From assembly GCA_964370985.1 (NCBI GenBank), contig CAYJLE010000001.1, positions 191,629-255,628 on the forward strand: DNA of 64,000 bases, given 5' to 3'. Every line of letters begins with the position of its first letter. The stretch's first letter is position 1. This document shows, piece by piece, positions 34,879 to 44,283 of this stretch. A program made the position numbers and the translations under genes. The notes beneath the pieces are model-generated. The model made no database searches. It was given only the letters and a program-made list of their open reading frames with translations, and was not told the DNA's origin. Source of the DNA: an uncultured Gaiellales bacterium. GTDB taxonomy: Bacteria > Actinomycetota > Thermoleophilia > Gaiellales > Gaiellaceae.

Positions 34879-37080
34879 CTACTCCCGGCTCTGCACCGGG
34901 GAGGCGGCCCGCTCGGGGAAGTCGAATTCTACCTTGCCGTCCTCCCCGAGGACGAGACGTGCGCGAAACGGCTTGCCCGCGCGGCTTCGGAAGCCCGCCA
35001 CCACCTCGGCGGTCCGTCCCTGCTCGAGCAGCTGGCGCGCCAGCTCGGGCGTGACCGTACGCCCCGCCACGCGCTTCCAGATCACGAAGCCGCAGCCGGG
35101 CTCGTCGCGGCTCTTCCAGCTCGTGCAGCCGTACGCCCGACTGTTCTCGCGGATGATCTCCCCGGTCTGGGCGCCGCAGCGCGGGCAGGGGCCGAGCTCG
35201 ACGCGCTCCGGGCGCAGCTGCTCCCGGTCGAGAGTCTCGATCTGCTCCACGGTCTGGCGGGCGAACCCCTCGACGTCCTTCATGAACGCGTCCCGGTCGC
35301 CCCTGCCGTGCTCGATGTCGATCAGGCGCTTCTCCCAGTCGCCGGTCAGGTCGGGCCGTGTCAGCAGGTGCTCGTCGAGCATCGTCACGACCTGGAGGCC
35401 CTTCGGCGTCGGCACGAGCTCCTTGCCCGCCCGTTCGATGTACTCTCGGCGGATCAGCGTCTCGATCACCTCGGCGCGGGTCGCGGGGGTGCCGAGGCCG
35501 CGCTCCTTCATCGCCTGGGCGAGATCCTCGTCGTCCACGAGCTTCCCGGCCGTCTCCATCGCGGACAGCAGCGTCGCCTCCGTGTAGCGGGCCGGCGGGC
35601 GCGTCTCCTTCGCCTCGGAGACCGCCTCCACGCAGCGGATCGCCATCCCCCGCTCGAGGCGCGGCAGCTCGCCGCCCTCCGCCTCGTCCTCGTCCTGCGC
35701 CCGCGGCTCGTCCGGCTCCACCCCGTACACGCCGCGCCAGCCGGCCTCCAGGGTGATCTTGCCGCGGGTGCGGAACGTCTCGCCATCCACCTCGGTGACC
35801 ACGGTCGTACGCGCGTACTTCGCGGGCGGGTGGAACGCCGCGAGGAACCGCTTCGCGATCAGATCGAAGATCCGCCGCTCGTCCTCCGAGAACGCATCGA
35901 CGTCGTGCTCCACGTCCGTGGGGATGATCGCGTGGTGGTCGTCCACCCGCTCGTCGTTCACGACGCGCCCGAGCGGGAGCTGCTCGAGCTCGAGCACGAA
36001 GCGGGCGAACGGGGCGTACCGCGGGATCGGCAGCAGCGTCTCCGCGGTCGGCTTGAGCTGCGCCACGAGGTCGCCGGATAGGTAGCGCGACGAGGTGCGC
36101 GGGTAGGTGATCGCCTTCCGGCCCTCGTAGAGCGACTGCGCCGCGCGCAGCGTGCGGCTAGCCGAGAAGCCGAAGCGGCCGTTCGCGTCGCGCTGGAGGC
36201 TCGTCAGGTCGTACAGGAGCGGTGCGCGCTCCGTCTGCTCCTTGCGCACGACGTCCCTGACGGCGCCCTCGTGCCCCGACGCGCGCGAGACGATGTCGCT
36301 CGCGCGCTCCGCCTCGGGAATCCTGCTCTGCTCGCGCTCGGTCTCCCCCAGCTCCGGCGAGAACCACAGCCCCGTGTAGCCGGCGCGGCTCGGCGCCTCG
36401 AATGTGCCGTGCACGAGCCAGTACGGCACCGGGACGAACGCCTGGATCTCGCGCTCGCGCCGGACGATCAGGGCGAGCGTGGGGGTCTGCACCCGGCCGA
36501 GCGAGACGACGCCGCCGACGTACGCCCGGCCCCGGATCGTCGCGGCACGGGTCGCGTTCATGCCGACGAGCCAGTCCGCCTCCGAGCGCGACCGCGCGGC
36601 CCGCTCGAGCGGCAGCATCTGCTCGCGGGAGCGCATGTGCGCGAACCCCTCCTGGATCGCCTGCTTCGTCATGCTCGAGATCCAGAGGCGCTCCACCGGC
36701 TTGTCGACGCCGGCGGTCTCCCACACATACGCGAAGATCAACTCCCCCTCGCGGCCCGAGTCGCAGGCGTTGACGACGCGGTCGACCTCAGCGCTGCGAA
36801 GCAGCTTGTGGATCACCTTCAGCTGCTTCGTCGACTTCGGGTCGCGCGGCTTCAGCTTGAACTCTCCCGGCAGGATCGGCAGGTCGGCCATCCGCCACTT
36901 CTTGAGCTTCTCGTCGTAGTCCTCGGGCTCGGCCAGCGTGACGAGGTGGCCGACCGCCCACGTGATCAGCGTGTCGTCCGACTCGAGGTAGCCCTCGTGC
37001 TTTGCGAACGTTCCGGGCAGCGCGGACGCGATGTCCCGCCCGACCGACGGCTTCTCCGCGATGATGAGCGCCTTGCCCAC
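34879..37080 (-). CDS. topB: DNA topoisomerase III (type IA)
   Basis: GTG at VGKALIIAEKPS (Toprim). Also DSGREGE, the active-site context ITYPRTSSRYL, and C-terminal Cys-rich and topo C-terminal repeat segments. Confidence 0.88.
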   Translation of the reverse strand: MGKALIIAEKPSVGRDIASALPGTFAKHEGYLESDDTLITWAVGHLVTLAEPEDYDEKLKKWRMADLPILPGEFKLKPRDPKSTKQLKVIHKLLRSAEVDRVVNACDSGREGELIFAYVWETAGVDKPVERLWISSMTKQAIQEGFAHMRSREQMLPLERAARSRSEADWLVGMNATRAATIRGRAYVGGVVSLGRVQTPTLALIVRREREIQAFVPVPYWLVHGTFEAPSRAGYTGLWFSPELGETEREQSRIPEAERASDIVSRASGHEGAVRDVVRKEQTERAPLLYDLTSLQRDANGRFGFSASRTLRAAQSLYEGRKAITYPRTSSRYLSGDLVAQLKPTAETLLPIPRYAPFARFVLELEQLPLGRVVNDERVDDHHAIIPTDVEHDVDAFSEDERRIFDLIAKRFLAAFHPPAKYARTTVVTEVDGETFRTRGKITLEAGWRGVYGVEPDEPRAQDEDEAEGGELPRLERGMAIRCVEAVSEAKETRPPARYTEATLLSAMETAGKLVDDEDLAQAMKERGLGTPATRAEVIETLIRREYIERAGKELVPTPKGLQVVTMLDEHLLTRPDLTGDWEKRLIDIEHGRGDRDAFMKDVEGFARQTVEQIETLDREQLRPERVELGPCPRCGAQTGEIIRENSRAYGCTSWKSRDEPGCGFVIWKRVAGRTVTPELARQLLEQGRTAEVVAGFRSRAGKPFRARLVLGEDGKVEFDFPERAASPVQSRE

Positions 37081-37081
37081 G

Positions 37082-37762
37082 GTGGAACACCATAGCGAGC
37101 GGTCCGGCTCCGGCGCGACACCCGGCACGGTCGCGGCCCCCGGACCGGCCTGGCTGTACCGGTTCGCGGTGGGGCTCTGCCGGCCGATCGTCACCGGCCC
37201 GTTCCGGCTGCGCGCCTCCGGCCTCGAGCACGTACCGGCGGTCGGGGGCGTCGTCGTCGCCGCCAACCACACGTCCAACCTCGATCCCTGGCCGCTCGGA
37301 ATCGCCCTCTACCCGCGCCAGCTCCACTTCATGGCCAAGTCGGAGCTGTGGAAGCCGGGGCTGCGGACGGTGATGAAGGCGCTCGGCGCCTTCCCGGTGC
37401 GCCGCGGGGAGGGCGACCGCGAGGCCTTCGAGGGCGCCGTCGCGCTCTGCCGGGAAGGGCGCGTGATGGCGATGTTCCCGGAGGGAACCCGGCGCAGCAA
37501 GGGGCTGCGCAAGCGCCACCAGCCGCGGCCCCACAGCGGCACCGCCCGCATCGCGCTCGCAGCCGGCGTGCCGATCGTCCCGGCGGCGATGCGCGGCATG
37601 GACAGGCTCGCGCGCTTCGGGCCCGTCCTCGTTCGCTTCGGCCCGCCCGTGCCGGTCGACGACCTCGCCGGGCTCGACCCGCGCCGGGCGGCCAGGGAGG
37701 CCACCGAGCGCCTCTGGGCGGAGATCCAGCGCCTCGAGCGCGAGCTGGCCCAAGAGCCCTGA
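37082..37762 (+). CDS. plsC: 1-acyl-sn-glycerol-3-phosphate acyltransferase family protein
   Basis: HxxxxD motif (ANHTSNLD) and FPEGTR. The start is uncertain: GTG 37082, or ATGs at 37031/37061/37064 that overlap the topB 5' end. Confidence 0.8.
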   Translation: MEHHSERSGSGATPGTVAAPGPAWLYRFAVGLCRPIVTGPFRLRASGLEHVPAVGGVVVAANHTSNLDPWPLGIALYPRQLHFMAKSELWKPGLRTVMKALGAFPVRRGEGDREAFEGAVALCREGRVMAMFPEGTRRSKGLRKRHQPRPHSGTARIALAAGVPIVPAAMRGMDRLARFGPVLVRFGPPVPVDDLAGLDPRRAAREATERLWAEIQRLERELAQEP

Positions 37763-38616
37763 TGGGCGCGGCCCCCCGGGCGGAGCCCGGCCCGCCCATG
37801 ATGGTGGTGGACGGGGACTCGCTCGCCCACCGGGCCTTCCACGGGCTGCCGCAGACGATCCGCGACGGCGAGGGCCGCCCCGCCAACATGCTGGTCGGGT
37901 TCGCCACCATGCTCACCAACCTGTGGGACGCCGAGCGGCCGAGAACCATCCTCGTAGCGTTCGACACGCTCGGCACGCCGACGTACCGAAGCGCCCTCTT
38001 TCCCGGCTACCAGGCCGGCCGCGAGTTCCCGCCGGAGCTGACCGGGCAGCTCGACCGCCTGCCCGGGCTCGTGGGCGCGCTCGGCCTCCCGCACGCAAAA
38101 GCCGCCGGCTACGAGGCAGACGACTTCCTCGCCGCCGCAGCCAGCGCCGAGACCGCCCGGGGCGGGCGGACGCTCGTCGTCACGAGCGACCGCGACGCCT
38201 ACCAGCTCGCCTCGGAGACCGTCACGATCCTCGTGCCCAGGCGCGGGGTGACCGAGCTCGAGCGGGTGGGGCCGGCGGAGGTGCGCGCGCGCTACGGCGT
38301 CGAGCCCGCGCGGGTGCCGGACTTCATCGCGCTGCGCGGCGACCCGTCCGACCGCCTCCCCGGCGCCCGCGGAATCGGCGCCGTCAGGGCAGCGGCGATC
38401 CTCGACGAGCACGGCTCGCTCGAGGCCGTCCTCGCGGCCGGACGCTTCGCCGCGGAAGCCGACGCGCTGCGCGCCTACCTCGAGATCGCGCGCCTCCGCA
38501 CGGACGCGCCGCTGCCGCCCTTGCCCGACGTCGAGCCCGACTGGACCGGTGCGGCCGCGCTGGCCGCGCGCTGGGGGCTCACGCGCCTGGCGGCGCGGCT
38601 TCGTACGCGGGCATGA
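37762..38616 (+). CDS. 5'-3' exonuclease (FEN / Pol I N-terminal-domain-like)
   Basis: ATG overlaps the plsC stop by 1 nt. VVDGDSLAHRAFH, YEADD, TSDRDAYQL and the H3TH segment GDPSDRLPGARGIG. Confidence 0.85.
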   Translation: MGAAPRAEPGPPMMVVDGDSLAHRAFHGLPQTIRDGEGRPANMLVGFATMLTNLWDAERPRTILVAFDTLGTPTYRSALFPGYQAGREFPPELTGQLDRLPGLVGALGLPHAKAAGYEADDFLAAAASAETARGGRTLVVTSDRDAYQLASETVTILVPRRGVTELERVGPAEVRARYGVEPARVPDFIALRGDPSDRLPGARGIGAVRAAAILDEHGSLEAVLAAGRFAAEADALRAYLEIARLRTDAPLPPLPDVEPDWTGAAALAARWGLTRLAARLRTRA

Positions 38617-39046
38617 TCACGACGTGCTCCTCGCGCGGCCCGTGCACGCCGAGCGCCAGCACCTGCTCGATGTCGGCGGAGCGGCTCGGCCCCGAGACGA
38701 TCGCGAGGCTCGAGGGCAGCTCGTCGCGCACGGCCGACAGAAGCTCGGCCAGACCGGGCAGGACACGATCCTCGGAGACGACGCTGACGTGCACGTCGGG
38801 CAGGAGCGAGCGCGTGCGCGGCTCCGCCGGCGAGGCGGCGATCGCGACGCTGCCGGGATCGGCGAGGCCGTAGAGCGCCTCCGTGACCGTGGCCCCGGCG
38901 AGCTCGGGAACGACGCGGTAGTGAACCGTGAAGCCGTTTCGCTTCAGGTTCGCGGCGAAGCGCTCGATGAGCGCGGCGCGCGTCGTCAACGCCAGCTCCG
39001 GAAGCGCCTGCGCGCGAGCCGCGGCAGCGCACGCCCGTTCGCCCAC
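38579..39046 (-). CDS. lutC: LutC/YkgG-family (LUD domain) lactate utilisation protein C
   Basis: LUD-like sequence downstream of lutB. An alternative TTG start at 38989 overlaps the lutB stop (TTGA) and may be the true start. Confidence 0.7.
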   Translation of the reverse strand: MGERACAAAARAQALPELALTTRAALIERFAANLKRNGFTVHYRVVPELAGATVTEALYGLADPGSVAIAASPAEPRTRSLLPDVHVSVVSEDRVLPGLAELLSAVRDELPSSLAIVSGPSRSADIEQVLALGVHGPREEHVVIMPAYEAAPPGA

Positions 39047-40359
39047 GCCTTACCCGGACCGACCCGGCCCGCGAGCCCCTGGCCGAGCCGCGCGGCAAGC
39101 GTCGAAGCCCGGTAGCCGAGCGGCCGCGACCAGGCGAGCGACCACAGCGTCAGCGCGGCCCGCTCGCGCCAGGAGGCGGCGTGCTGCTCGACGAGGTCGC
39201 GGCGCAGCTCGAGCAGGAGGTCGTGCAACGGGATCTTGACGGGGCACGCCTCCGTGCACGCGCCGCACAGCGACGAGGCGTGCGGCAGCGCCGGCGCGTT
39301 GCCGATCCCGACGAGCAGCGGCACGAGCACAGCCCCCATCGGGCCGGAGTAGACCGGGCCGTACGCCGCTCCGGCGGTCTTGCGAAACACGGGGCAGACG
39401 TTCAGGCAGGAGCCGCAGCGGATGCACGCGAGCATCTCCTCGTACTTCGTCCCGAGCAGGTTGCGGCGACCGTTCTCGACGAAGACGACGTGGAGCTCCT
39501 CGGGGCCGTCCTCCTCCCCCTCCCGCCGCGGGCCGGTGACGAGATGCGTGTAGCTCGTCAGCCGCTGGCCGGTGCCGCTGCGCCCGAGCAGCGCGAGCAG
39601 CGGCGCCAGGTCGGTCAGCGCCGGCACCAGGCGCTCGATCCCGGTGATCGCGATGTGCACCTTCGGCGCGGAGGCCACGAGGCGGCCGTTGCCCTCGTTC
39701 GTGACCGTCACGATCGTGCCGGTCTCGGCGACGGCGAAGTTCGCGCCCGTGATCCCCACGTCCGCCTCGAGGAAGACGCGGCGGAGCTGGCGCCGCGCGG
39801 AGGCCGTGAGCTCCTCCAGCTCGGCCGGCACCGGGCGGCCCTCGACCTTCGAGAACAGGGCGGCCACGTCCTCTTTCGTCTTCTCGATCGCCGGCGCGAT
39901 GATGTGCACCGGGTGGTCTCCCGCGAGCTGGAGGATGTACTCGCCGAGATCGGTCTCGACGGGCTCGATCCCGGCAGCCTCGAGCGCCGCGTTCAGCCCG
40001 ATCTCCTCGGTCACCATCGACTTCGACTTCGCCACGAGCTTCGCGCCCCGGCGCTCGCACACGCCGATGACGTACGCGCAGGCCTCGGCCGCGGTCGCGC
40101 ACACTCTCACGTGGCCGCCGCGGGCCTCGAGCGCCTCTGTGAACCGCTCCAGGTGGCCGTCGATGTCCCTCACAGCCGCCATGCGCACATCGTGCGCCTG
40201 CTGGCGCAGCTCCTCGACGCCCGGAAGCTCCGCCCACGCCTCGAGCCGGTGCGAGCGGAGCCGCTCGACGGAGGTGATCGCCCGCTGCACGTGCGCGTCG
40301 GCGAGCTTGGCGCGCGCCACGTCCCGGAAGCGGCCGGGTGCCTGCTCGAGCCCGCTCAC
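38986..40359 (-). CDS. lutB: LutB/YkgF iron-sulfur lactate utilisation protein B
   Basis: GTG overlaps the lutA stop (GTGA). Two 4Fe-4S motifs (CIRCGSCLNVCP, CGACTEACP) and a LUD domain. Confidence 0.88.
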   Translation of the reverse strand: MSGLEQAPGRFRDVARAKLADAHVQRAITSVERLRSHRLEAWAELPGVEELRQQAHDVRMAAVRDIDGHLERFTEALEARGGHVRVCATAAEACAYVIGVCERRGAKLVAKSKSMVTEEIGLNAALEAAGIEPVETDLGEYILQLAGDHPVHIIAPAIEKTKEDVAALFSKVEGRPVPAELEELTASARRQLRRVFLEADVGITGANFAVAETGTIVTVTNEGNGRLVASAPKVHIAITGIERLVPALTDLAPLLALLGRSGTGQRLTSYTHLVTGPRREGEEDGPEELHVVFVENGRRNLLGTKYEEMLACIRCGSCLNVCPVFRKTAGAAYGPVYSGPMGAVLVPLLVGIGNAPALPHASSLCGACTEACPVKIPLHDLLLELRRDLVEQHAASWRERAALTLWSLAWSRPLGYRASTLAARLGQGLAGRVGPGKAWANGRALPRLARRRFRSWR

Positions 40360-41060
40360 GCGAGCGGGCCGATCCCGCGGGCGAGCGCGCTCGCGAGGTG
40401 CACGACCGGGAGCCCGGTCGTGCGCGCGGCGCGGCCACTCAGGTGCATCAGGCAACCCGGGTCGGCGGTGACGAGCGCCTCGGCGCCGACCGCGTCCGCA
40501 CCGGCGAGCTTGTCGTCGGCCATCGCCACCGACAGCTCCGGCTGGCGAACGGAGAAGGTGCCGCCGAAGCCGCAGCAGAGATCGGGGCGGGGCAGCATCA
40601 ACACGTCAGCTCCCGAACGCTCCAGCAGCCGCCGGGGCTGGTCGTGCACCCGGAGCTCGCGCAGCATGTGGCAGGAGTCGTGGTAGGCGACCGTCCGGCC
40701 CTCGTTCAGCCTCGGCACCGCGGCTCCGCGCGCGTCGAGGAATGCCGAGAGCTCCCAGGCGTCGTACGGCTCGATCCCCAGGAGCTCGGGGAGGTAGCGG
40801 ACGACCATGGTCGCGCACGAGCCCGACGGCAGCACCACCGGGGCCGAGCGCGAGAACGAGCGGGCGAACGTGCGAGCGACCCTCCGCGCGGCACGCCGGT
40901 GGCCGCTGTTGAAGGCCGGCTGCCCGCAGCAGACCTGCCCGCGCGGGATCTCGACCTCGTACCCCGCCTGCCGCAGCAGCACCTCAGCGTCCGCGGCCGC
41001 CTCCGGGAACACGAGGTCGGCAAGGCAGGTGGCAAAGAGCTGCACGCGCTGCGCTCCCAC
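40356..41060 (-). CDS. lutA: LutA/YkgE (Fe-S) oxidoreductase with CCG domains
   Basis: Two CCG motifs (QVCCGQP, DLCCGFGG). 234 aa. Confidence 0.88.
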   Translation of the reverse strand: MGAQRVQLFATCLADLVFPEAAADAEVLLRQAGYEVEIPRGQVCCGQPAFNSGHRRAARRVARTFARSFSRSAPVVLPSGSCATMVVRYLPELLGIEPYDAWELSAFLDARGAAVPRLNEGRTVAYHDSCHMLRELRVHDQPRRLLERSGADVLMLPRPDLCCGFGGTFSVRQPELSVAMADDKLAGADAVGAEALVTADPGCLMHLSGRAARTTGLPVVHLASALARGIGPLA

Positions 41061-41088
41061 GACGCAAGCCTACTGAGCGGCGCCGCCG

Positions 41089-41117
41089 TTGCGCACGTCG
41101 TGCGCCTGCGCTATCCT
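41089..41117 (+). promoter_or_regulatory. putative sigma70-type promoter of glnK-amt
   Basis: TTGCGC (41089-41094), a 17-nt spacer, then TATCCT (41112-41117), in the lutA/glnK divergent intergenic region. Confidence 0.35.
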
Positions 41118-41160
41118 GCCGGGCAGGTCGCCGACGAAGGCGACCGGAGGAGGCATGGCG

Positions 41161-41198
41161 CCTCAGGAGCTTCGGGCTCCTGGGGCGTTTTTCTTTGG
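41161..41198 (+). terminator. intrinsic-terminator-like hairpin plus T-tract in the glnK leader
   Basis: CCTCAGGAGC-TTCGG-GCTCCTGGGG stem (10 bp including one G-T pair) followed by CGTTTTTCTTTGG. It ends about 18 nt before the glnK ATG and its GGAGG RBS. Confidence 0.5.
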
Positions 41199-41215
41199 TC
41201 CGAACGGAGGTGCCA

Positions 41216-41566
41216 ATGGTCAAGGTCGAGGCAGTCGTGGTCAGGGAGCGTGTCGAGACGGTGATCGACGCCGTCGAGGACCAGGCGGGCCACATCGGAG
41301 TCACGGTGATCGAGGCGGTCGGCCACGGCCGCCAGCGCGGGATCACGCACGAGTACCGCGGCCGCGTCTTCGAGTCGCGGTTCCTGCCCAAGGCGCTGCT
41401 CGTGTTCGTCGTCGAGGACGGCAAAGCGGACGCGGTCGTCCACGCGATCGCGGACGCCGCGAGGAGCGGCAACGAGTCCGGCGACGGGATCGTGTGGACG
41501 ACCGCTGCCGCAACGGTGCTCCACAGCCGCACGGGCCGCCCGCTCGAGGAAGCGGAGGCCAGATGA
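41216..41566 (+). CDS. glnK: P-II family nitrogen regulatory protein
   Basis: MVKVEAVVVRERVETVIDAV... with a T-loop-like GHGRQRGITHEYRG and FLPKALLVFVV. RBS GGAGG. The stop overlaps the amt ATG (ATGA). Confidence 0.85.
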   Translation: MVKVEAVVVRERVETVIDAVEDQAGHIGVTVIEAVGHGRQRGITHEYRGRVFESRFLPKALLVFVVEDGKADAVVHAIADAARSGNESGDGIVWTTAAATVLHSRTGRPLEEAEAR

Positions 41567-42969
41567 GCACAGCCGATCTCACCATCGCCGCGAGCACGAT
41601 CTGGGTCGTGATCGCGGCCGTGCTCGTGATCTTCATGCAGGCCGGCTTTGCGTTCCTCGAAGCCGGGCTGACCCGGATGAAGAACGTCGCGCACATCGCG
41701 GCGAAGACCGTGCTCGTGTTCGGGGTGGCCTGCGTCGTCTACTACGTCGTCGGGTTCGGGCTCGCGTTCGGGGACGGGGGCAACGGCCTCGCCGGCGGCT
41801 CGGGGTTCGCGCCCTCCGTCGACGCGCTGCTCGCGATCGGGCAGGCGCCGTTCAGCTGGTTCTCGACCGTCCCGGCCAGCGCCGCCTTCCTCTTCCAGGT
41901 TGCGTTCGCGGGGGTCTCGCTCGCGATCGTCTGGGGTGCGATGGCCGAGCGGGCGAAGCTATGGGTCTACCTCGTCTTCGGCGTCGCCTTCGTGCTCGTC
42001 TACTCCGTCGTCTCCCACTGGATCTGGAGCCCTGACGGCTGGCTCTTCTCGCTCGGGATGCAGGATTTCGCTGGCTCCACGGTCGTCCACTACCAGGGGG
42101 CGCTCGCCGCGCTCGCGGGCGCGATCCTGCTCGGCCCGCGGATCGGGAAGTTCGACCGCCACGGGAAGCCGAACCCGATCCCGGGGCACAACATGGCCTA
42201 CGTCACGCTCGGCGTGGTCATCCTCTGGTTCGGCTGGTTCGGCTTCAACGCCGGCTCGACGCTCGGCATCGTCTCGGGCGACATCCTCGGCTTCTTCGGC
42301 TACGTGGCGCTGACGACGAACATCGCTGCCGCGAGCGGCGTGCTCGGGGCCGCCGCGGTCGCGCGCGTGGCGCTCGGGAAGCCCGACGTGTCGATGATGC
42401 TGAACGGGGCCGTGGCGGCGCTCGTCGCGATCACGGCAGCCTGCGGCTTCGTCGCCCCCTGGGCGGCGATCGTGATCGGCCTCGTCGCGGGCGCGATCGC
42501 GGTGCTCGGCGTGCTCTTCGTCGAGCGGATCGGGATCGACGACCCGGTCGGCGCGGTCGCGGTTCACGGGCTCTCCGGCGTCTGGGGGACGCTCGCGACG
42601 GGTCTGTTCGCGTTGCCCTCGCTCGCCGCGAGCCTCGGTACCGGCCGCGGCGGCCTCGTCTACACGGGCAGCTTCGCCCAGCTCGGCACGCAGGCGCTCG
42701 GACTCGTCGCGGTCGGCGCGTTCACGTTCAGCATCTCGTTCGGCGTGCTCTGGACGCTCGACCGCCTGCGCGGGATCCGCGTCTCCGAGCAGGTCGAGAC
42801 GCTGGGCCTCGACGTGTCCGAGCACGGTATGTGGGGCTACCCCGAGTTCTACATCCCGGTTCCGGGCGGCTACGGCACCGAGGCCCACGGCCACCTCGGC
42901 CGGCCCCACGCCCACGCCGTCCGCCACCAGGCCGCGCCCCGGCCGGAGCCCGTTCCCGAGGCGGGCTGA
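41563..42969 (+). CDS. amt: ammonium transporter
   Basis: 468 aa. Amt signature segments (FAFLEAG, DFAGSTVVH, GWFGFNAGS, AVHGLSGVWGT). Confidence 0.92.
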   Translation: MSTADLTIAASTIWVVIAAVLVIFMQAGFAFLEAGLTRMKNVAHIAAKTVLVFGVACVVYYVVGFGLAFGDGGNGLAGGSGFAPSVDALLAIGQAPFSWFSTVPASAAFLFQVAFAGVSLAIVWGAMAERAKLWVYLVFGVAFVLVYSVVSHWIWSPDGWLFSLGMQDFAGSTVVHYQGALAALAGAILLGPRIGKFDRHGKPNPIPGHNMAYVTLGVVILWFGWFGFNAGSTLGIVSGDILGFFGYVALTTNIAAASGVLGAAAVARVALGKPDVSMMLNGAVAALVAITAACGFVAPWAAIVIGLVAGAIAVLGVLFVERIGIDDPVGAVAVHGLSGVWGTLATGLFALPSLAASLGTGRGGLVYTGSFAQLGTQALGLVAVGAFTFSISFGVLWTLDRLRGIRVSEQVETLGLDVSEHGMWGYPEFYIPVPGGYGTEAHGHLGRPHAHAVRHQAAPRPEPVPEAG

Positions 42970-42993
42970 CGCCGCGTGACGTCCCGGTTCGCG

Positions 42994-43335
42994 TCAGGCG
43001 CCCGCGAGTGTGCGGTAGTCCTCGCGGACCGGGACGAACACGTCGAGCACGCGGCAGCCCTGCGCCCCCGCCTGCCCGCCATGCTCGACGCCGCCGGGGA
43101 TCTGGTAGGCGTCGTCGGGCCCGAGCCGGCGCTCCTCGCCGGCGAAGACCATCGTGATCTCCCCGGAGAGGACTATGCCGAGCTGCTCGTGGGGGTGGCT
43201 GTGGAGCGGGAGCGCCGTGCCCGGGTCGAGGTCGACGACGTTCAGCATCGCAGCCTCGCCGAACAGCGCGAACATCCGGGCGCCGGGCGCGAGCTCCACG
43301 GGCTCGTCCGCGGTGAGCTTCCGTACCTGGGTCAT
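42994..43335 (-). CDS. cupin domain protein
   Basis: 113 aa. Metal-binding context LPLHSHPHEQ...G..H. Confidence 0.8.
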   Translation of the reverse strand: MTQVRKLTADEPVELAPGARMFALFGEAAMLNVVDLDPGTALPLHSHPHEQLGIVLSGEITMVFAGEERRLGPDDAYQIPGGVEHGGQAGAQGCRVLDVFVPVREDYRTLAGA

Positions 43336-43365
43336 GGGCGGAACCCTAGACCGTAGGCTGCCGGC

Positions 43366-44283
43366 GTGCGGGTGCTCACGGCGGGCGAGACGATGGTGCT
43401 GCTCGACGGTGTCGAGGGCGGCGGCCTCGAGCCCGGGATGCCGTTCCGGCTCAGGGTCGGCGGCGCCGAGTCGAACTTCGCGATCGCGCTGCGCCGCCTC
43501 GGCGTGGACGTCGCCTGGGCGTCACGGCTCGGCAGCGACCCGTTCGGCGACCTCGTCGCACGGACGCTCGCGGCCGAGGGACTCGACCTGCGCTGGGTTA
43601 CGCGGGACGACGCCCCGACCGGCGTCTTCTTCAAGTGGCACGAGGGCGGGGAGAGCCGCGTCCTCTACCGGCGGGCCGGCTCGGCCGCGAGCCGGCTCTC
43701 CCCCGCCGACGTGCCCGAGGGGGCGCTCGACGGGGTCGCGCTCGTGCACCTGACCGGGATCACGATGGCGCTGTCCGCGACCGCGCGCGAGGCCGTCCTC
43801 TCCGTCGCGCGCCGGGCGCGGGAGCGCGGCTGCATCGTCACGTTCGACCCGAACTACCGCCCCGCGCTCTGGGCCGACCCCGGGGCGGCCGCGAAGTCTA
43901 TGGAGGCCGTGCTCCCCCACGTCGACTGGTACCTGTGCGGGCGAGCCGAGGGTGAGCTCCTGCTCGGGGCCTCCTCGCCCGAGCAGGTGATCGAGGCGGC
44001 TCGGACGGCCGGCGCGGGCGACGCGGTCGTGCGCGTCGGGGCGGAGGGCGCGCTCGTCCGGGCGGGCGGGCAACCGGTGCTCGTGCCGCCCCTGCGCGTC
44101 GAGCAGGTGGTCGACGAGATCGGCGCCGGCGACGGCTTCGCCGCTGGCTTCGCGTACGCGCTCCTCCGGGGCCGGGAGCCGGCCCGCTGCGCCCGGGCGG
44201 GGAATCAGGTCGCGGCCGCGGCCCTCCGCGGTACCGGAGACTGGGAGACCTACCCGCGCCTCGGGGAGCTCGACCTCGTGTAG
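43366..44283 (+). CDS. kdgK: PfkB-family sugar kinase (2-dehydro-3-deoxygluconokinase-like)
   Basis: 305 aa with GTG start. N-terminal GGAESN motif and C-terminal GAGDGFAAG motif. Confidence 0.8.
   Translation: MRVLTAGETMVLLDGVEGGGLEPGMPFRLRVGGAESNFAIALRRLGVDVAWASRLGSDPFGDLVARTLAAEGLDLRWVTRDDAPTGVFFKWHEGGESRVLYRRAGSAASRLSPADVPEGALDGVALVHLTGITMALSATAREAVLSVARRARERGCIVTFDPNYRPALWADPGAAAKSMEAVLPHVDWYLCGRAEGELLLGASSPEQVIEAARTAGAGDAVVRVGAEGALVRAGGQPVLVPPLRVEQVVDEIGAGDGFAAGFAYALLRGREPARCARAGNQVAAAALRGTGDWETYPRLGELDLV

Noticed and set aside
41154-41215. Leader peptide (MAPQELRAPGAFFF...) for attenuation upstream of glnK
   Set aside because: The frame has no stop codon. It continues as the long spurious 5' extension of the amt ORF (41089..42969), so it is not a short leader ORF.
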